Part shown: positions 61,115 through 64,000 of the stretch, one piece after another
Layout of the letters: each line of letters starts with the position of its first letter
Position numbering within the stretch: the stretch's first letter is position 1
NCBI RefSeq assembly: GCF_018977255.1
Contig: NW_024704742.1
Coordinates: 41,108,001 to 41,172,000 of the forward strand
From: Callorhinchus milii
Taxonomy: Eukaryota
DNA length: 64,000 nt
Reading direction: 5' to 3'
Position numbers and translations under genes: made by a program
The notes under the pieces: model-generated
What the model saw: the letters and a program-made list of their open reading frames with translations, nothing else
Told to the model about the DNA's origin: nothing
The model's database searches: none

Positions 61115-62752
61115 TTTTCTCCATTCGAACCACTTGTTTTGCTCACTTCCCACACCCTTTAATGCTACTCTTTAACAATGCTCTTCTTGTATTTTATTTT
61201 GGCATTCAACAATACTGATCAATTTTGACTATGGGATTCAAAACACTTTGGTAACAAATGCAATTGCAGCAAGTCTTAAACAGTTAAGATAACCACACAA
61301 AGTACAGCACAGTTAATCTGCAAGTGAAAGATTGGCAGCACCAACTATGTAAGCAACCATACCCTAAAGAAATGCAATTCTGAAAGTAATTTTTTTTGTC
61401 GGTGATGTTTAAATAGCCGTATCGGGATACAAGCGTAACCTTTCGCATGCAATAGCGATTGACTAAGTCACTCCACTCTAATTCTTCGGACAGTGTGAAT
61501 CTCTTTTCCAAGGTGAATGATTTTTAACAAATCATAAAGCAAATGTACTGCACCAAGTGAACAAAAACAGTGTGCTCTCCACTTCAATTAACAGCCCATA
61601 CCAGGAGAGGCAACTTTCCCTGCATTTAAGAAGGAATATTTCAGCTTCGGGCTCACTTTGACAACCTTAACTCTCATAACCATCTTCCCAACATACATGT
61701 TATTACAATGCCTTCAAGAACAATGGATGCCCCGTAGCCCTCCTCCTTCCCCTCTCATATAATGAATATCAAATCTCTACAGCACAAATCATCCAGTCTA
61801 TGCCATTTTGCTTCCAGTCAAAAGACAACTACAGGTATATAGGTGGAAAACAATCTGAATGTCAAAAGTGAAGAAGCTGAACAGCAAGATTTGAGGAGGA
61901 ATCAGTACATTATTTGAGTATTTTCAATTTGATCTTAGAACTAAATAAAAACAATAGAACTGTCAACCTCAAATCCAGAGAGTGTGACACTAGAATTCTA
62001 TACAAATCCTCTTAAGTACTGTATAACGTCACCTTTATTAAACAATTTAAACAATCTGGTTGAGAACTTAACATCTCTTAAAACATCGCTTTCAGTAACA
62101 CAGTAATTAGGGTACTTCCCACTTTCATCAAGAGCTCAGGAGGAATCTGCACATGTGCAACAAAGGGCAAAGGGAAAGTGGGGCTAAGAGACGCCGAATA
62201 GCAGTTACATGTTTTCCTGTGTTTAAGCCAGGAATGCGACTGGCTCTTTAAGGACAATAAAAAGGTTAAAGGAGATCTAATTGCCCCCCCCTAGCCATTT
62301 TAAACATTTTTTTAAAAAGTCTGAAAGTTTGCTTGAAACTGGTTGCATAAAATCTGATTTCTGAACCCATCTGGTGAGGAGCTAGACTGTGAAATATGCT
62401 CCATAATGTGCAAGTTGTTGGGTTGAGCTTAGCACCTAATCGATACCACTCAAACCAGATCAACCTTGCACTATTACTACTGTTTCAATGAGGAAGCTAA
62501 CTTAAAACAATACTAATTTTCCAGTATGAATTGGATATTCAATGCATTCATTTATGTTTAAAGTTTACAAAACTAGTGAACATTTGCCATTCGGGTGCTA
62601 AGGTATTAACAAAATAAATTGTGTTAAATCTACACGTTTAAGAAATCTGAGATGGCAGTTATCTTGAGCAGCCCTGTACTTCCCCTGATGTTGAAAAGTG
62701 AAGGGAATCTTGCAGTTATCAGCATCCTTGCAATAAACAATCAACAAGCTCA

Positions 62753-63311
62753 CTACAACAACAACAACAAAATTACATTTATAGAGCGCCTTTCACGTCG
62801 GGAGGACGTCCCAAAGCGCTGAACAGTCAGGTGTCGGGGCCTGAGCATGGGGGAGGGATGGTATAGGGGTGAGGGAAGGCAGAGAGGTGGGAGGGAGACC
62901 AAAGGCACGATCGAAGAGAAGGATCTTGAGGCCGGCCTTGAAGGAGGCAAGGGAGGAAGCGAGGTGAAAGGACCATGGGATGGAGTTCCAGAGTGTGGGG
63001 GCAGAGAGGCTGAAAACCCGGCCACCAATGGTTGGGCAGGTCGAGCGGGAGACGTGGAGCAGGCCAGAGCCCGCTGAACGGAGGGAGCGGGCAGGTTGGT
63101 AGGGAGTCAGCAGGTCAGAGAGGTAGGAGGGGGCAAGTCCATGGATGGCCTTAACGGTGAGGACGAGGATCTTGAATTCGATCCTCTGGGGGATGGGGAG
63201 CCAGTGGAGTCGGGCGAGGGTGGGAGTGATGGGGTCGCGGAGCCTGGTGCGTGAGAGTACACAAGCTCCAGAGTTTTGGATGATCTGCAGCTTGTGAAGG
63301 GAAGAGTTGGG
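62753..63311 (-). mobile_element. Young L2 LINE 3' fragment with an intact reading frame
   Basis: ORF 62793..63446: LQIIQNSGACVLSRTRLRDPITPTLARLHWLPIPQRIEFKILVL..GLAPSYL..WNSIP..FKAGLK; tail GCGCTTTGGGACGTCCTCCCGACGTGAAAGGCGC..(TTG)n. Confidence 0.96.
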
Positions 63312-63489
63312 TGATGGGTCATGGGAAGATTTCTTCAAGGTGGGGGTGATAGTGGCTGTTACTGCACATATAAAGGGAGAGGTGAAGAAATATGCGTGGA
63401 TTTGGAGAATATCACCCCTAATGGTTTGCAGAACCCAGTTCATCATAACTCCATTAGGAAATCATCTCAAATGGATGTGAGAGTTATTT

Positions 63490-63667
63490 TAAAAAATGGT
63501 CACTCAATCCACAACTATTTGTGGGGCACTGCTGTGCACAATTGGCTGCTGCGATTCACCCACAAAATACACAGTCACTACACTTTACAATGTTTTGGGA
63601 AGCGCTTATAGAAGTCTCAACATGTGATAAGGCAATGCAAGTATCTAATGCAAGGATTATTATTATT
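63490..63667 (+). mobile_element. SINE family A 3' half
   Basis: GGTCACTCAATCCAC..GCTGTGCACAATTGGCTGC..GCAAGG(ATT)n. Confidence 0.85.
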
Positions 63668-64000
63668 AATCGGAAAACATACACTCCTGAAATGCTGCAG
63701 TTTGGGATTGATGGTTTGGGAGGATAATGACTCCCATTGAGAGGCAGCTGGTACCCTTGATTTGGCTACCGATGACTGCTTGTTTACCTTTGTGCTGCCT
63801 GTCCCATGGGTGACAAGTCTCAAAGTTGCCATCTGTTTCCAGTACAGTTAATTCTACTGATCCTTACACAATGATTTGGGGGCAGTGGATTGCACGTCCA
63901 TCTCTCCAGAGCAAAATGATCACAGTGGGATTAGTTTCCTTGCTCTTTCTCTCTCTAGTTTTCTGGCTAGGTAATCACCACGGGGTCATAGAGGAAACAA

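Noticed and set aside
62793..63446. 217-aa ORF as a host gene
   Set aside because: It is the L2 ORF2 C-terminus with read-in from flanking DNA.
3400..64000. LDB1-like upstream coding exons (MLDRDVG, PTPMYPP) or a neighbouring gene
   Set aside because: None recognised by eye; a tBLASTn search is needed to exclude them.

Overview
Vertebrate genomic DNA, most likely from a cartilaginous fish (shark or chimaera), inferred from its repeats: young L2 LINEs, CR1 LINEs with (ATTCTATG)n tails, and SacSINE1-like Deu-domain SINEs. The only host coding sequence I can support is the first coding exon of LDB2 (LIM domain binding 2) on the minus strand at 3096-3227, which is too short for the ORF track. 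Bases 1-3095 are its downstream intron, ~3230-4100 is the 5'UTR and CpG-rich promoter region, and ~4100-64000 is gene-free upstream sequence full of transposon fragments. Most ORF-track entries are chance ORFs or LINE remnants. The most interesting signals are: (1) a tRNA-Ala-headed SINE that appears to join a CORE-like domain to the 3' part of a Deu domain; (2) the youngest copies of that SINE carry the same 3' stem-loop loop sequence as the young local L2; (3) a latent splice acceptor inside the LDB2 coding exon at what I recall as the LDB1 intron position; (4) a CR1 with twin-priming-type 5' inversion; (5) an unclassified repeat ending in a hairpin plus oligo(A); (6) several near-perfect palindromes and local duplications. 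Repeat boundaries are approximate, family names rest on remembered consensus motifs, and no database search was run.
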